Below are positions 20,563 to 29,752 of a DNA stretch of 64,000 bases, piece after piece. This DNA is from a virus (taxonomy: Duplodnaviria > Caudoviricetes): the IMG/VR virus record IMGVR_UViG_3300025121_000014, positions 168,945 to 232,944 of that record. One strand, written 5' to 3'. The notes beneath the pieces were generated by a model that saw only the letters and a program-made list of their open reading frames with translations, was not told where the DNA came from and did not search any database. The translations under genes and the position numbers were made by a program. Position 1 is the first letter of the stretch. The number at the start of each line of letters is the position of its first letter.

Positions 20563-21311
20563 ATTAAAATTGAATTATTTTTATGTGTTTTTGGTTCTTC
20601 TTCTTTCATTGATATATTATTATTAATTAAATTAATTAATTCGTCTAAATTATAAGAATTTATATTAAATTTATCACTTATAAAATTGGCTGTTATATAT
20701 CCATTTTTACAATTATTCAATATTTTATTTATATAAATATCTTGAATATTTTTATCACACTCTGTAAATGCATAATTAGATATAACCAAATCATAATTTT
20801 CAATATCTTTTAATTGTGTTATGTCTTTAAAAAAAACATTATTTATATTGTTTAAACTTAAATATTTTTTTGATAAATCTAATGATTCTTCTAAATCAAT
20901 TAAAGTATATGAATTAAATTTAAAATATTTAGAAAAAATTAAACATTGTCCACCATATCCACCACCAATTTCAACTATATTTTTATTATTAAAATCCCCT
21001 AATATTATTAAATCAGATAAAACTTTAACATATCTTAATGTACTTGGTGATATATATCCTATATTTTCAAATAATATTTTATTTGGTGTACCAAATTCAT
21101 CATTAACTTTAAATTTATTAATATCATTAATCAATTGATTATTATCACGTTCTATTACTTTTAAATATTCTTTTGCTTGACTTTCAGATGTATGTTCTAA
21201 TATTTCTGTATAATCTGGCAATTGTTTAAATTTATTAAATAAAGATTGATTAATTAAAATTTGTTTAATAATATTTTTATATTTATCTGTATCACTTATA
21301 CTACTTTTCAT
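20556..21311 (-). CDS. Putative sugar O-methyltransferase
   Basis: SPSTLRY, IVEIGGGYGGQC, DLVISNYAFTEC. Confidence 0.75.
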   Translation of the reverse strand: MKSSISDTDKYKNIIKQILINQSLFNKFKQLPDYTEILEHTSESQAKEYLKVIERDNNQLINDINKFKVNDEFGTPNKILFENIGYISPSTLRYVKVLSDLIILGDFNNKNIVEIGGGYGGQCLIFSKYFKFNSYTLIDLEESLDLSKKYLSLNNINNVFFKDITQLKDIENYDLVISNYAFTECDKNIQDIYINKILNNCKNGYITANFISDKFNINSYNLDELINLINNNISMKEEEPKTHKNNSILIW

Positions 21312-22098
21312 TCAATTTTAAATTTATTTTTATTTCTTGATGACAAGATATATTATTAATATTATCAAAATCTTTCATATCTATAATATAATCATCTAAA
21401 TATTTATCATTTAATTCGTCAATATTTTCATTGCCATGTTTATTTGGATTATTATTTTGAACTATATTACAAGGATTATTAATTATAATTGATTTTTGAT
21501 AACATATCATTTTTGGTAAATTTATTGGTTTAACTGCCATATTTCCTTCAAACGAATTAGGATTTGTATAATTCATATATAATATATATGGTAATATTTC
21601 ATTAGTTCTAAATATATTACCATCTACTGACATAGGATAACCATAATCTCCTTTTTGATTTCTCCAATAAAATATATTATCATTATCAAAATCTGGATTA
21701 GAAATAGGAATAGATGCAGCATAACAATAAGTTAATCCAGGTTGTAATCTTAAACTTCTACATAATATTTCTTTATCATTTTTAAAAATATTCATTTGAT
21801 TATCAAAGAAATCAAAATCATTTTTAAAAACAATATCATCAACAAAAAATGTAGTAAATTCATTTGATTGATTAACTAAATTAATTAAATCTAATTTAAA
21901 ATACTTTTCTATTACAAAATTAATATGATGGAATTTATTAATTAATTTATCATATCCATTCTTAAAAGAATCATTTGAATATGTATATAATACATTAATA
22001 ATATATTTATCATAATCTTTAACATATTTAATAAAACTTCTAATAAATAAATCTAATTGCAATGCTCTATCTTTACTGAATACTATTATATTTATCAT
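21301..22098 (-). CDS. GT2-like glycosyltransferase
   Basis: IVFSKDRALQL, FFVDDIVF, YPMSVDG. Confidence 0.65.
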   Translation of the reverse strand: MINIIVFSKDRALQLDLFIRSFIKYVKDYDKYIINVLYTYSNDSFKNGYDKLINKFHHINFVIEKYFKLDLINLVNQSNEFTTFFVDDIVFKNDFDFFDNQMNIFKNDKEILCRSLRLQPGLTYCYAASIPISNPDFDNDNIFYWRNQKGDYGYPMSVDGNIFRTNEILPYILYMNYTNPNSFEGNMAVKPINLPKMICYQKSIIINNPCNIVQNNNPNKHGNENIDELNDKYLDDYIIDMKDFDNINNISCHQEIKINLKLNEK

Positions 22099-23024
22099 TT
22101 TATATTTTCTTCATAAATTTTTATAGTCTGTTTAATTCCATCATCTAAATTAATTTTAGGTTTCCAACCTAAATTATTTATTTTAGAAGTATCTAATTGT
22201 TTTCTAAATGTACCATTTGGTTTACTATCATCCCATATTATATTACCTTTAAAATCATAAGCTAATGCTATTTTTGTAGCTAATTCTTTTATTGTTAAAT
22301 CTATACCAGTACCAACATTTAACGGAATAACACCATCATAATTTAACATTAAAAATAACATAGCATCAGATAAATCATCAACATGTAAAAATTCTCTATA
22401 AACAGAACCATCACCCCATAATGTTACATCACTTTTATTTATTTTTGCTTCATAAAATTTTCTAATTAATGCAGCAAATACGTGTGATTTATTTAAATCA
22501 TAATTATCTTTTATTGATCCATATAAATTAGTTGGCATAACTGATATGAAATTACACCCATATTGTTTTTTATAACTTTCTGCCATTTTTAAACCAGCAA
22601 TTTTTGCAATAGCATATGGTTCATTTGTTTGCTCTAATTCACTAGTTAATAAATATTCTTCTTTTATTGGTTGTGGGCAATTTTTAGGATATATACAAGA
22701 ACTTCCTAATAATAATAATTTTTTAACTCCAAATTCTTTTGAATTATGAATAATATTAGATTGCATCATAATATTATTATAAATGTAATCAGCTCTACGA
22801 ATATTATTATCATAAATTCCACCTACTAAACCAGCACACATAAAAATATATTCAGGCATCATACTATTAAAAAACATTTTTGTTTTATATTGATCAGTTA
22901 AATCTAATTCATTACTAGATAGTGTTATTAAATTACTATAACCTTCTTGTTTTAATTTATTGACCATTGCAGATCCAACTAAACCATTATGCCCTGCAAT
23001 ATAAATTCTACTATCTTTATTCAT
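22095..23024 (-). CDS. fcl: GDP-L-fucose synthase / ColC-like epimerase-reductase
   Basis: AGHNGLVGSA, GSSCIYPK, TNEPYAIAKIAG, MPTNLYG, REFLHVDD. Confidence 0.93.
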   Translation of the reverse strand: MNKDSRIYIAGHNGLVGSAMVNKLKQEGYSNLITLSSNELDLTDQYKTKMFFNSMMPEYIFMCAGLVGGIYDNNIRRADYIYNNIMMQSNIIHNSKEFGVKKLLLLGSSCIYPKNCPQPIKEEYLLTSELEQTNEPYAIAKIAGLKMAESYKKQYGCNFISVMPTNLYGSIKDNYDLNKSHVFAALIRKFYEAKINKSDVTLWGDGSVYREFLHVDDLSDAMLFLMLNYDGVIPLNVGTGIDLTIKELATKIALAYDFKGNIIWDDSKPNGTFRKQLDTSKINNLGWKPKINLDDGIKQTIKIYEENIK

Positions 23025-23026
23025 TA

Positions 23027-23767
23027 TTATATTTTATTTTTTAATTCATCATATAATGGTTTATCTCTAATATATTTTGAAGTTTTTAATTGTTCTATCG
23101 TATTTATTTTCATATCATTTATGGGATTTAAATCATTATAAACATATAATATATCATCAATAAATTTTACATGATTTTTACCACACAATTCTAATAAAGG
23201 ATAAATATAAGACGCATCACTTGCAACTTTAAAATATTCACCGTTTTCATTTCTTAAATCTTTATCATCAATTAATTTCCATAATTTATTTTTAAATGTT
23301 CTTAAATGACCAGCAAACCAATTTCCACTTTTTCTATAAGTTCTAAAATTTAAAATATCTTTACAATATTTACCATAAGAACCACTTAATGGTATAAATT
23401 GACCATATGTCATATAAATATTATCATCTTGATATACATCGTTTAAATATGATAATACTTTATCATTATATAAAAAATCATCCCCATCAACCATAACTAT
23501 TATATCTTCTTTATCATCAGAATATAAATTAATTCCCTTAACAAAATTAGCCAATGGTGTATTAAGTCTGACATCATTTTTTATTAATTCAAAATCATAT
23601 TTGTTGTGTAAATAACTTAATTTTTTATATGTACTATCAGTTGAATTATCATCAATAACTATAATATTATAATTATTATAATCTTGCATAAGTACAGAAT
23701 TCATACATTTTTCTATATATTGTTCAGCATTATAAACTGGTATTATTATAATAAATTTATTTTCCAT
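23027..23767 (-). CDS. GT2 glycosyltransferase
   Basis: IIPVYNAE, IDDNSTD, VDGDD. Confidence 0.9.
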   Translation of the reverse strand: MENKFIIIIPVYNAEQYIEKCMNSVLMQDYNNYNIIVIDDNSTDSTYKKLSYLHNKYDFELIKNDVRLNTPLANFVKGINLYSDDKEDIIVMVDGDDFLYNDKVLSYLNDVYQDDNIYMTYGQFIPLSGSYGKYCKDILNFRTYRKSGNWFAGHLRTFKNKLWKLIDDKDLRNENGEYFKVASDASYIYPLLELCGKNHVKFIDDILYVYNDLNPINDMKINTIEQLKTSKYIRDKPLYDELKNKI

Positions 23768-23770
23768 TTT

Positions 23771-24631
23771 TTATAAAATATGTTTAATTAAATTTGAAAA
23801 AGTTATTCTATATCTATGATAATTTTCTTCATTTATCCCATTATTAACTTCTTGTGATGCTGCATGACCACCATACCAATGATAACCAATCGATTCTTCG
23901 CTAAAATCACCAATGTCAAAACCAGTTCTATAATTATCAATTATTCTACTCCAATCATAATGATAAACTAATGATGTTGGAATACTATAATGTTTTAAGA
24001 ATGGAAAGTTTTGTTGTAAATCCGGAAAAATATTAGCATTTGATCTATTTTTTCCAAACATACTATAAATAGCATCAACTCCATAAGATTGATAATTATT
24101 AGAACCATCTATATTAAATATACTTTTATATAATTTTTTATAAAAATTATTACCTTCTTTACTACCTAAAAATCCAATAGCAACATAATTATGTTGCTGA
24201 TATAATATAGTATCGTAATCATTTTCAATTATTTTATTATATTCATTATCAAATGGTCTAAAATATAATATATCCATATCTGAATAAAAACCACCATTTT
24301 TATATAAATCATAATATCTGAACATATCACTTTTATGAACTGGTGATATATTTTTAAATTTTTCTCTTAAATTATCTGGGATATCTATATCTTCAAAATT
24401 TATTATTGTAATACCTAAATCTTTTACATGATCTAAATAATCATCACCTATATAATTAGAAAAATCCTGTTGTTCAGGTCCAATCCATTCTTTACTAATA
24501 TGCTTGTTATCAGAATGATATAATATTATATCCCAATCTGGATTCATTTTTTTGAAAGAAAATAATGTCATATATCTCATCCAAGATAATTTTTCACCAC
24601 TCCAATAAAAAAACATTCTTTTTGGTATCAT
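23771..24631 (-). CDS. GT32-like glycosyltransferase
   Basis: MIPKRMFFYW, SDMFRY..LYKNGGFYSDMD (DxD). Confidence 0.8.
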   Translation of the reverse strand: MIPKRMFFYWSGEKLSWMRYMTLFSFKKMNPDWDIILYHSDNKHISKEWIGPEQQDFSNYIGDDYLDHVKDLGITIINFEDIDIPDNLREKFKNISPVHKSDMFRYYDLYKNGGFYSDMDILYFRPFDNEYNKIIENDYDTILYQQHNYVAIGFLGSKEGNNFYKKLYKSIFNIDGSNNYQSYGVDAIYSMFGKNRSNANIFPDLQQNFPFLKHYSIPTSLVYHYDWSRIIDNYRTGFDIGDFSEESIGYHWYGGHAASQEVNNGINEENYHRYRITFSNLIKHIL

Positions 24632-25410
24632 TATTTATTTATATTTTTTGCTTTATAATCTATTTCGTGTAACATTTGATTATATAATGTATAGTTTTTT
24701 TTAAATTTTGGATCGTTATAATATGAACTTAATCCGTGAAATTGATGAACAACAAAAGGTCTATCTATAATTTGTATATTCATTTTTTTTCTTTTTATTC
24801 TTTCTAAAAATTCATTATCATCCCAAGCAATACCATCCGCAAATCTCTCATCAAATCCACCTAAATCATCTAAATCAGATTTCATTATTGATGAACAAAA
24901 ATGTAACATACCTGGTTTAAATTTTGAATGGTTATACCAAGCTGTTTCACCGTCAACTCTAGTAGCCCTATTATTTAAAGGATTTAATATTTTTCCAATT
25001 TGATTAATATGTTTTGTAATTTCTTTTGTAATTCTTTCATCAACAGAATAACAAGCAAAATTTAAATACATATTTTCTTGTATGTTATTTATAGTATAAT
25101 CTATAATATCTCCAAAATGTAAACATTCTGGATTTTGTAATATTATAACATCACCTTTTACTTCTTTAAAACCAATATTAAAAGGTACACAAGGATTAGA
25201 CCACCATTTATTATTTTTTTCTATTCTTATTATTTTTAAATTTAAATCAAATTGATCTATAAAATCGTCTAATTTATGAATATCTTCACTAGCATCATCT
25301 ACTACTATTATTTCTATATCATTTTTATGTTTAGAATTTTCAATTGTTTTTAATGTATTAAAAAATAATTGTTTTCTATTATAATATGCTGTTACTATTG
25401 ATACTTTCAT
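24631..25410 (-). CDS. GT2 glycosyltransferase (paralog of 18237-19049)
   Basis: IVTAYYNR, VVDDAS, LQNPECLH, GGFDERF.DG.AWDDNEF. Confidence 0.85.
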   Translation of the reverse strand: MKVSIVTAYYNRKQLFFNTLKTIENSKHKNDIEIIVVDDASEDIHKLDDFIDQFDLNLKIIRIEKNNKWWSNPCVPFNIGFKEVKGDVIILQNPECLHFGDIIDYTINNIQENMYLNFACYSVDERITKEITKHINQIGKILNPLNNRATRVDGETAWYNHSKFKPGMLHFCSSIMKSDLDDLGGFDERFADGIAWDDNEFLERIKRKKMNIQIIDRPFVVHQFHGLSSYYNDPKFKKNYTLYNQMLHEIDYKAKNINK

Positions 25411-26249
25411 ATATTTTTAATTTTTCCAAAATCTTTAATTTTTTCTATATATTCTAAAAATTCAATATTGTTCATTTTTTTAATAGATTCATATAATTTT
25501 TTATTTTCCTCTATTCTAGAATAATAATTATTTAAAACATCAAATTTATTTTTACCTGAAAAATGATATAAATGTAAACAATTATATTTATCATCATAAA
25601 AAATATTTAGTCCAAAATTTTTAATTTTTATATCTACAATATCATCTTCATGTGCATAACCATAACAATTTTCATCAAAGCCTTTAATTTTTAAATAATC
25701 ACTTTTTCTTATAAAAAATGAACCACCAGTCAAAACACCTAAATCTTTTCCCGAAGTAACTGTTTTCATAGATGATAATTTATTAAAATCTAATTCTTTT
25801 GTATAAAATAAATGACTATTTATGTAATTTAAATAACTTATACTAGAATATGGCTTTACTACATCAAATTCTTTACTATCAATTAATTCAATATATTCAT
25901 ATGCTTTTTTATGCACAACTATATCACCATCTTGAAATATTAAATTATCGTATTTACAATTATTAACTCCAATATTATAACCCCAACCTTTATTAAAAAC
26001 ACCATCATTCTTAACAAAAATGTGATTGATTTCTATATTTTTATTAAATTTTATATTATTTAACCAATCTATAGTAGATTTATTATCTTGTTCAACAATT
26101 ACAATTTCGGTATTATATTTTAAATTATCATTAATATATTCTAATATCTTAATAATATTGAATTTTCTATAATTTTGATAATTTTTATAATTTACATTTT
26201 TATTAAAATGTGATTCTTTATAAGAAATTATAATTGATACGTTGTTCAT
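25407..26249 (-). CDS. GT2/GT7-like glycosyltransferase
   Basis: IVEQD, FNKGWGYNIG, FQDGD, GFDENCYGYAHEDD. Confidence 0.8.
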   Translation of the reverse strand: MNNVSIIISYKESHFNKNVNYKNYQNYRKFNIIKILEYINDNLKYNTEIVIVEQDNKSTIDWLNNIKFNKNIEINHIFVKNDGVFNKGWGYNIGVNNCKYDNLIFQDGDIVVHKKAYEYIELIDSKEFDVVKPYSSISYLNYINSHLFYTKELDFNKLSSMKTVTSGKDLGVLTGGSFFIRKSDYLKIKGFDENCYGYAHEDDIVDIKIKNFGLNIFYDDKYNCLHLYHFSGKNKFDVLNNYYSRIEENKKLYESIKKMNNIEFLEYIEKIKDFGKIKNI

Positions 26250-26253
26250 ATAA

Positions 26254-26262
26254 TATATATTA
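26254..26262 (-). promoter_or_regulatory. TAATATATA motif (candidate phage promoter) heading the glycan cluster
   Basis: Exact motif 4 nt upstream of the 26249 ATG; GAACT lies 12 nt before the TATATA core. Confidence 0.5.
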
Positions 26263-26281
26263 CATAGAATCAGTTCTAAAC

Positions 26282-26309
26282 AAAAAAAAGGGATATTTAA
26301 TCTCCCTTT
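26282..26309 (-). terminator. Intrinsic terminator after the topoisomerase C-terminal half
   Basis: Minus strand GGGAGAT-TAA-ATATCCC stem (one mismatch) followed by 8 T. Confidence 0.65.
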
Positions 26310-28444
26310 CTAAACTTTCGAACTTCTTTTTTCAGTTCTAATAAATCTTTATGCCACATTTGTTCAATAGATATATCAGTAATTATTTTAATTTCTTTTT
26401 TTAATTCATCAAATTCCTCTTTTAATTTTACTAATTCTTCTTTTGATAATTTATATAAAGGAATTGATAATAAATAATTATATGAATCTTCTATTTTATC
26501 TAATTTATTTGTATCTAAAGATAATAAAATTTTATCCATAGGAATGTTATTTATTAAAATTGTACCATTCAATACTAACTTAATAAATTTCATTATATTA
26601 GATAAACGTTTATATTTTAAATCCAATTTATTAAGAATATATTCTTTTCTATCAGTATAATATACTATTCTATTATTATAAAAATCATCTATTATTTCAT
26701 ATTGATTTTCATATTTTTTAATTTTCCCTACAATATCAAATAAATGCATATTTGACATATTTAATTTAGAAGTTAATTCAAAAATATTATATAAATCTTC
26801 ATCCGTATATGATTGTAAAATTTCTCTTGATATTCTAATTTTAATATTAACTTTTGTATCAGTACAATATTTAATATACGATTTAATTATCTTATCATCA
26901 ATTAATTTATCTAATGTTAAATAATATTTATCATTCCAGACACCAATAGGTAATTCTGTTATATTTAAAGTCGTGGTATTAATTCTATTTATAATACCTT
27001 TAGTTATATAAACCTTATTATCTTTATCATAAATAATATCTCCTTTAAAACCTTCATAAAATGGATTTAAATCAATGTTCTTTTTTTTATTATTTAATTT
27101 ATTAATAATGTAATCAGTTAAATCTTCAATTTTAAAAGATGGTATAAAGGATGACCAACCAGTACCTACACCATAGCTACCATTTAATAATATATTTGGA
27201 ATAATTGGAATATAAAAAACTGGTTCTACTATTTTTCCATCATTTTCAGAATATTTTATAATATTATTATCAACTTGCATAAAAATTAGTTTGGTTATAT
27301 CTCTTAATTTAGTATGAATATAACGAGGTGCTGAACTATCTTTACCACCAGATAATCTTGTACCAAATCCACCAATAGGTTCAATTAAACTTATATTGTT
27401 AGAACCAACATAATCTTGAGCCATATTTATAATACCTTGATCTAATGAAGCAGATCCATGATGGTATTCCGCATTAGCTTTAACATGACCAAATAATTCA
27501 CCGACATTTAATTCACCTCTATTTCCTAATTTAAATAAAGTGAATAATATTTTTCTCTGTGAAGGTTTTAATCCATCCATAACTGAAGATATATTACGAA
27601 TATTATCTGCCATACTATATTCTATAAATTCATCATTCATAAAAGAATCATATGTAGTTTTACCAACAAATTTATCTACAATATTATTAGGATTATAATT
27701 TAATAACCATTCTTTTCTATCATCGGCTCTTTTATTTCTAAAAGCCAAATCAATTAAATCTTCTGTTTTTTCAGGATTTTCATAATTAAATTTAATAAGA
27801 TGTTTAGATATATTTTTAAAAAATACTTTACCAACTCCTCTTTCAATTGTACCAAGACCTTTATAATATTTTATATAATAACCTTTACCATTATCTGTAG
27901 TTTTTAACCAATGATTAAATTCTGATACTCTATAAAAGAATTTTTCAATTTTACCTTTTTTAGCTTTTGATATAGGTGTTACAAATTCATATAAAAAATC
28001 TATTTTTAATAATTCTGGCCAAAATGTATCAAATAAATTAATTAATAATCCTTTTATATGATAACCATCTAGATCTGCGTCACTCATTATGACAACTTTA
28101 CCATATCTTAAAGTTTTTATATTTTTATATTTTTTACCAAATTCTAAACCAAGAATTTGCATTAAATTTTTTATTTCATCATTTTCTTTTATCTTTTTTA
28201 AAGTAGTGTCTCTTACATTTAATGGTTTTCCTTTTAATGGAAATGCACCATAATAATCTCTACCAGTTTCAGAAAATCCAGCAATTGCAAGAGATTTAGC
28301 GGAATTGTGAGAAATTATACCATTTGATAATGTAAAACTTTCATCATCTACCGATATATCAACCATATTTACATATTCATCGTTATATTCAATAGAATCT
28401 ATTTCTACTAATTCCAAAAAATTATTTTCTATCATTATTTTCAA
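26297..28444 (-). CDS. top2: Type IIA topoisomerase C-terminal half (TOPRIM remainder plus breakage-reunion domain), led by a split-intein C fragment
   Basis: After ...IISHN: SAKSLA, PLKGK, DADLDGYHIKGL, YYKGLGT, DGLKPSQRK, YHHG, SAPRYIHT (catalytic Tyr). Confidence 0.93.
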   Translation of the reverse strand: MKIMIENNFLELVEIDSIEYNDEYVNMVDISVDDESFTLSNGIISHNSAKSLAIAGFSETGRDYYGAFPLKGKPLNVRDTTLKKIKENDEIKNLMQILGLEFGKKYKNIKTLRYGKVVIMSDADLDGYHIKGLLINLFDTFWPELLKIDFLYEFVTPISKAKKGKIEKFFYRVSEFNHWLKTTDNGKGYYIKYYKGLGTIERGVGKVFFKNISKHLIKFNYENPEKTEDLIDLAFRNKRADDRKEWLLNYNPNNIVDKFVGKTTYDSFMNDEFIEYSMADNIRNISSVMDGLKPSQRKILFTLFKLGNRGELNVGELFGHVKANAEYHHGSASLDQGIINMAQDYVGSNNISLIEPIGGFGTRLSGGKDSSAPRYIHTKLRDITKLIFMQVDNNIIKYSENDGKIVEPVFYIPIIPNILLNGSYGVGTGWSSFIPSFKIEDLTDYIINKLNNKKKNIDLNPFYEGFKGDIIYDKDNKVYITKGIINRINTTTLNITELPIGVWNDKYYLTLDKLIDDKIIKSYIKYCTDTKVNIKIRISREILQSYTDEDLYNIFELTSKLNMSNMHLFDIVGKIKKYENQYEIIDDFYNNRIVYYTDRKEYILNKLDLKYKRLSNIMKFIKLVLNGTILINNIPMDKILLSLDTNKLDKIEDSYNYLLSIPLYKLSKEELVKLKEEFDELKKEIKIITDISIEQMWHKDLLELKKEVRKFRKGD
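28304..28444 (-). other. Split intein C fragment (IntC, 47 aa)
   Basis: MVDISVDDESFTLSNGIISHN followed by Ser(+1): intein blocks F and G. Confidence 0.9.
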
Positions 28445-29705
28445 TTTTATTTTGTATAAATTTTATTATTTTATCTTTTTTATCTTTTTCAAAATCCCAT
28501 ATAACTAATACATCAAAATTATTATTTTTACATAAATTTAATTTATCGATATCTTTATTATAAACATCTTCTGCATTTAATTCTTTATTAAACGGATGTT
28601 CCCAATTATCCCATTCGTCTTTAGTGTAAATTTCTTTATTAGGATGCCAAATTTTACCATTATATTCAATAATAATTTTATAATCTAATAAAGTATAATC
28701 ATAAAAATATATTAAATCTTTATCATTATTTTTTAAAAAATATTCGTTTTTACCATACAAACCATTGATGTTTAAATATTTATCAACATCTTTAAATATT
28801 TTTATTGATTCATTTGAATAAAAATTACTATTTCGTATTTTACTTAGCCAATTATTTCTTCTGATAATACCATCTATTTCTCCATATAATTTAGTGAAAT
28901 TATCTACTGATAAATAATAACTTTTTTGTGATATATAATCGTTATACTTTTTATTACCATCTATACCATATCTAAATATAAAACTATTCAATGTTTGTTT
29001 ACATTTATTTGTTTTTATTCTGAATTCAAATAATGCTAATTCCTCATTTCCTTTATTTTTTTTTATAAAATGTTGTAATGACGAACTATCTTTCTTACTG
29101 CATATTTCATTAAATATTTTTGTTCCTTTTATTTCTCCATACTTTTCAATATAATAACTAATAGTATGTGAATATTTTAATTTATTTTTAAAATTGTTAA
29201 ACTTAGTTTTATCTCCATTAAAAAAATTCATATCTCTTGTTTGATATTTTTTATATATTTTTATATCTTTATGGTTTTCTTTATAAAATGGAGATTTATT
29301 CCTTTTATGAATAAATTCTAAAGCATCATCTTTAGATAAATTTAATGATTTGGATACAAATTCAACTGAGTTTGGATTTAGTTTTTTCCCATAACAATTT
29401 TTATTTTTACCCCTACAATAAAATTTACTGTAAATAATTTTAACATCTTTTATTAAACACCCATTTTTATATTTTTCTAATTCGTATTCTAATTCATAAT
29501 CTGAATATGAATCACAAAAACCACATTTTTTTATTTCTTTATTTAAATAATTAATTAAATAAAAATCTAATGTAAAATTAAATTTTTTAATAAGTGATAA
29601 TTTTAATGATTGTATAATTCTTTTTTTATTATAATTATTAGAATCTATAAATGATTTTATAGACATTCTAACATATTTATCGTTCATTATGTAATATACA
29701 TTCAT
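28422..29705 (-). CDS. Free-standing homing endonuclease (Vsr/PD-(D/E)XK-like) between the split-intein halves
   Basis: C-terminal FYDY.LLDYKIIIEYNGKIWH..DK..LC....FDVLVIWD; YIEKYG-type repeats; position inside the fractured gene. Confidence 0.8.
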   Translation of the reverse strand: MNVYYIMNDKYVRMSIKSFIDSNNYNKKRIIQSLKLSLIKKFNFTLDFYLINYLNKEIKKCGFCDSYSDYELEYELEKYKNGCLIKDVKIIYSKFYCRGKNKNCYGKKLNPNSVEFVSKSLNLSKDDALEFIHKRNKSPFYKENHKDIKIYKKYQTRDMNFFNGDKTKFNNFKNKLKYSHTISYYIEKYGEIKGTKIFNEICSKKDSSSLQHFIKKNKGNEELALFEFRIKTNKCKQTLNSFIFRYGIDGNKKYNDYISQKSYYLSVDNFTKLYGEIDGIIRRNNWLSKIRNSNFYSNESIKIFKDVDKYLNINGLYGKNEYFLKNNDKDLIYFYDYTLLDYKIIIEYNGKIWHPNKEIYTKDEWDNWEHPFNKELNAEDVYNKDIDKLNLCKNNNFDVLVIWDFEKDKKDKIIKFIQNKIENNDRK

Positions 29706-29710
29706 ACCGT

Positions 29711-29719
29711 TATATATTA
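29711..29719 (-). promoter_or_regulatory. TAATATATA motif upstream of the endonuclease
   Basis: Exact motif 5 nt upstream of the 29705 ATG. Confidence 0.5.
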
Positions 29720-29752
29720 ATTATTGAAAATGTGTTTTTGATGGAAGGTATA

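Noticed and set aside
935-26249. Ordinary bacterial O-antigen or capsule locus, or host contamination
   Set aside because: It has no export, polymerase or initiating transferase, its composition matches the rest of the window, it is headed by the phage-type motif, and it adjoins the viral topoisomerase. A chimeric join cannot be fully excluded without reads.
28422-29752. Group I intron or frameshift as the cause of the topoisomerase interruption
   Set aside because: Canonical intein termini (Cys1; His-Asn then Ser+1) flank the break exactly at EGD|SA, and each half has its own start and stop.
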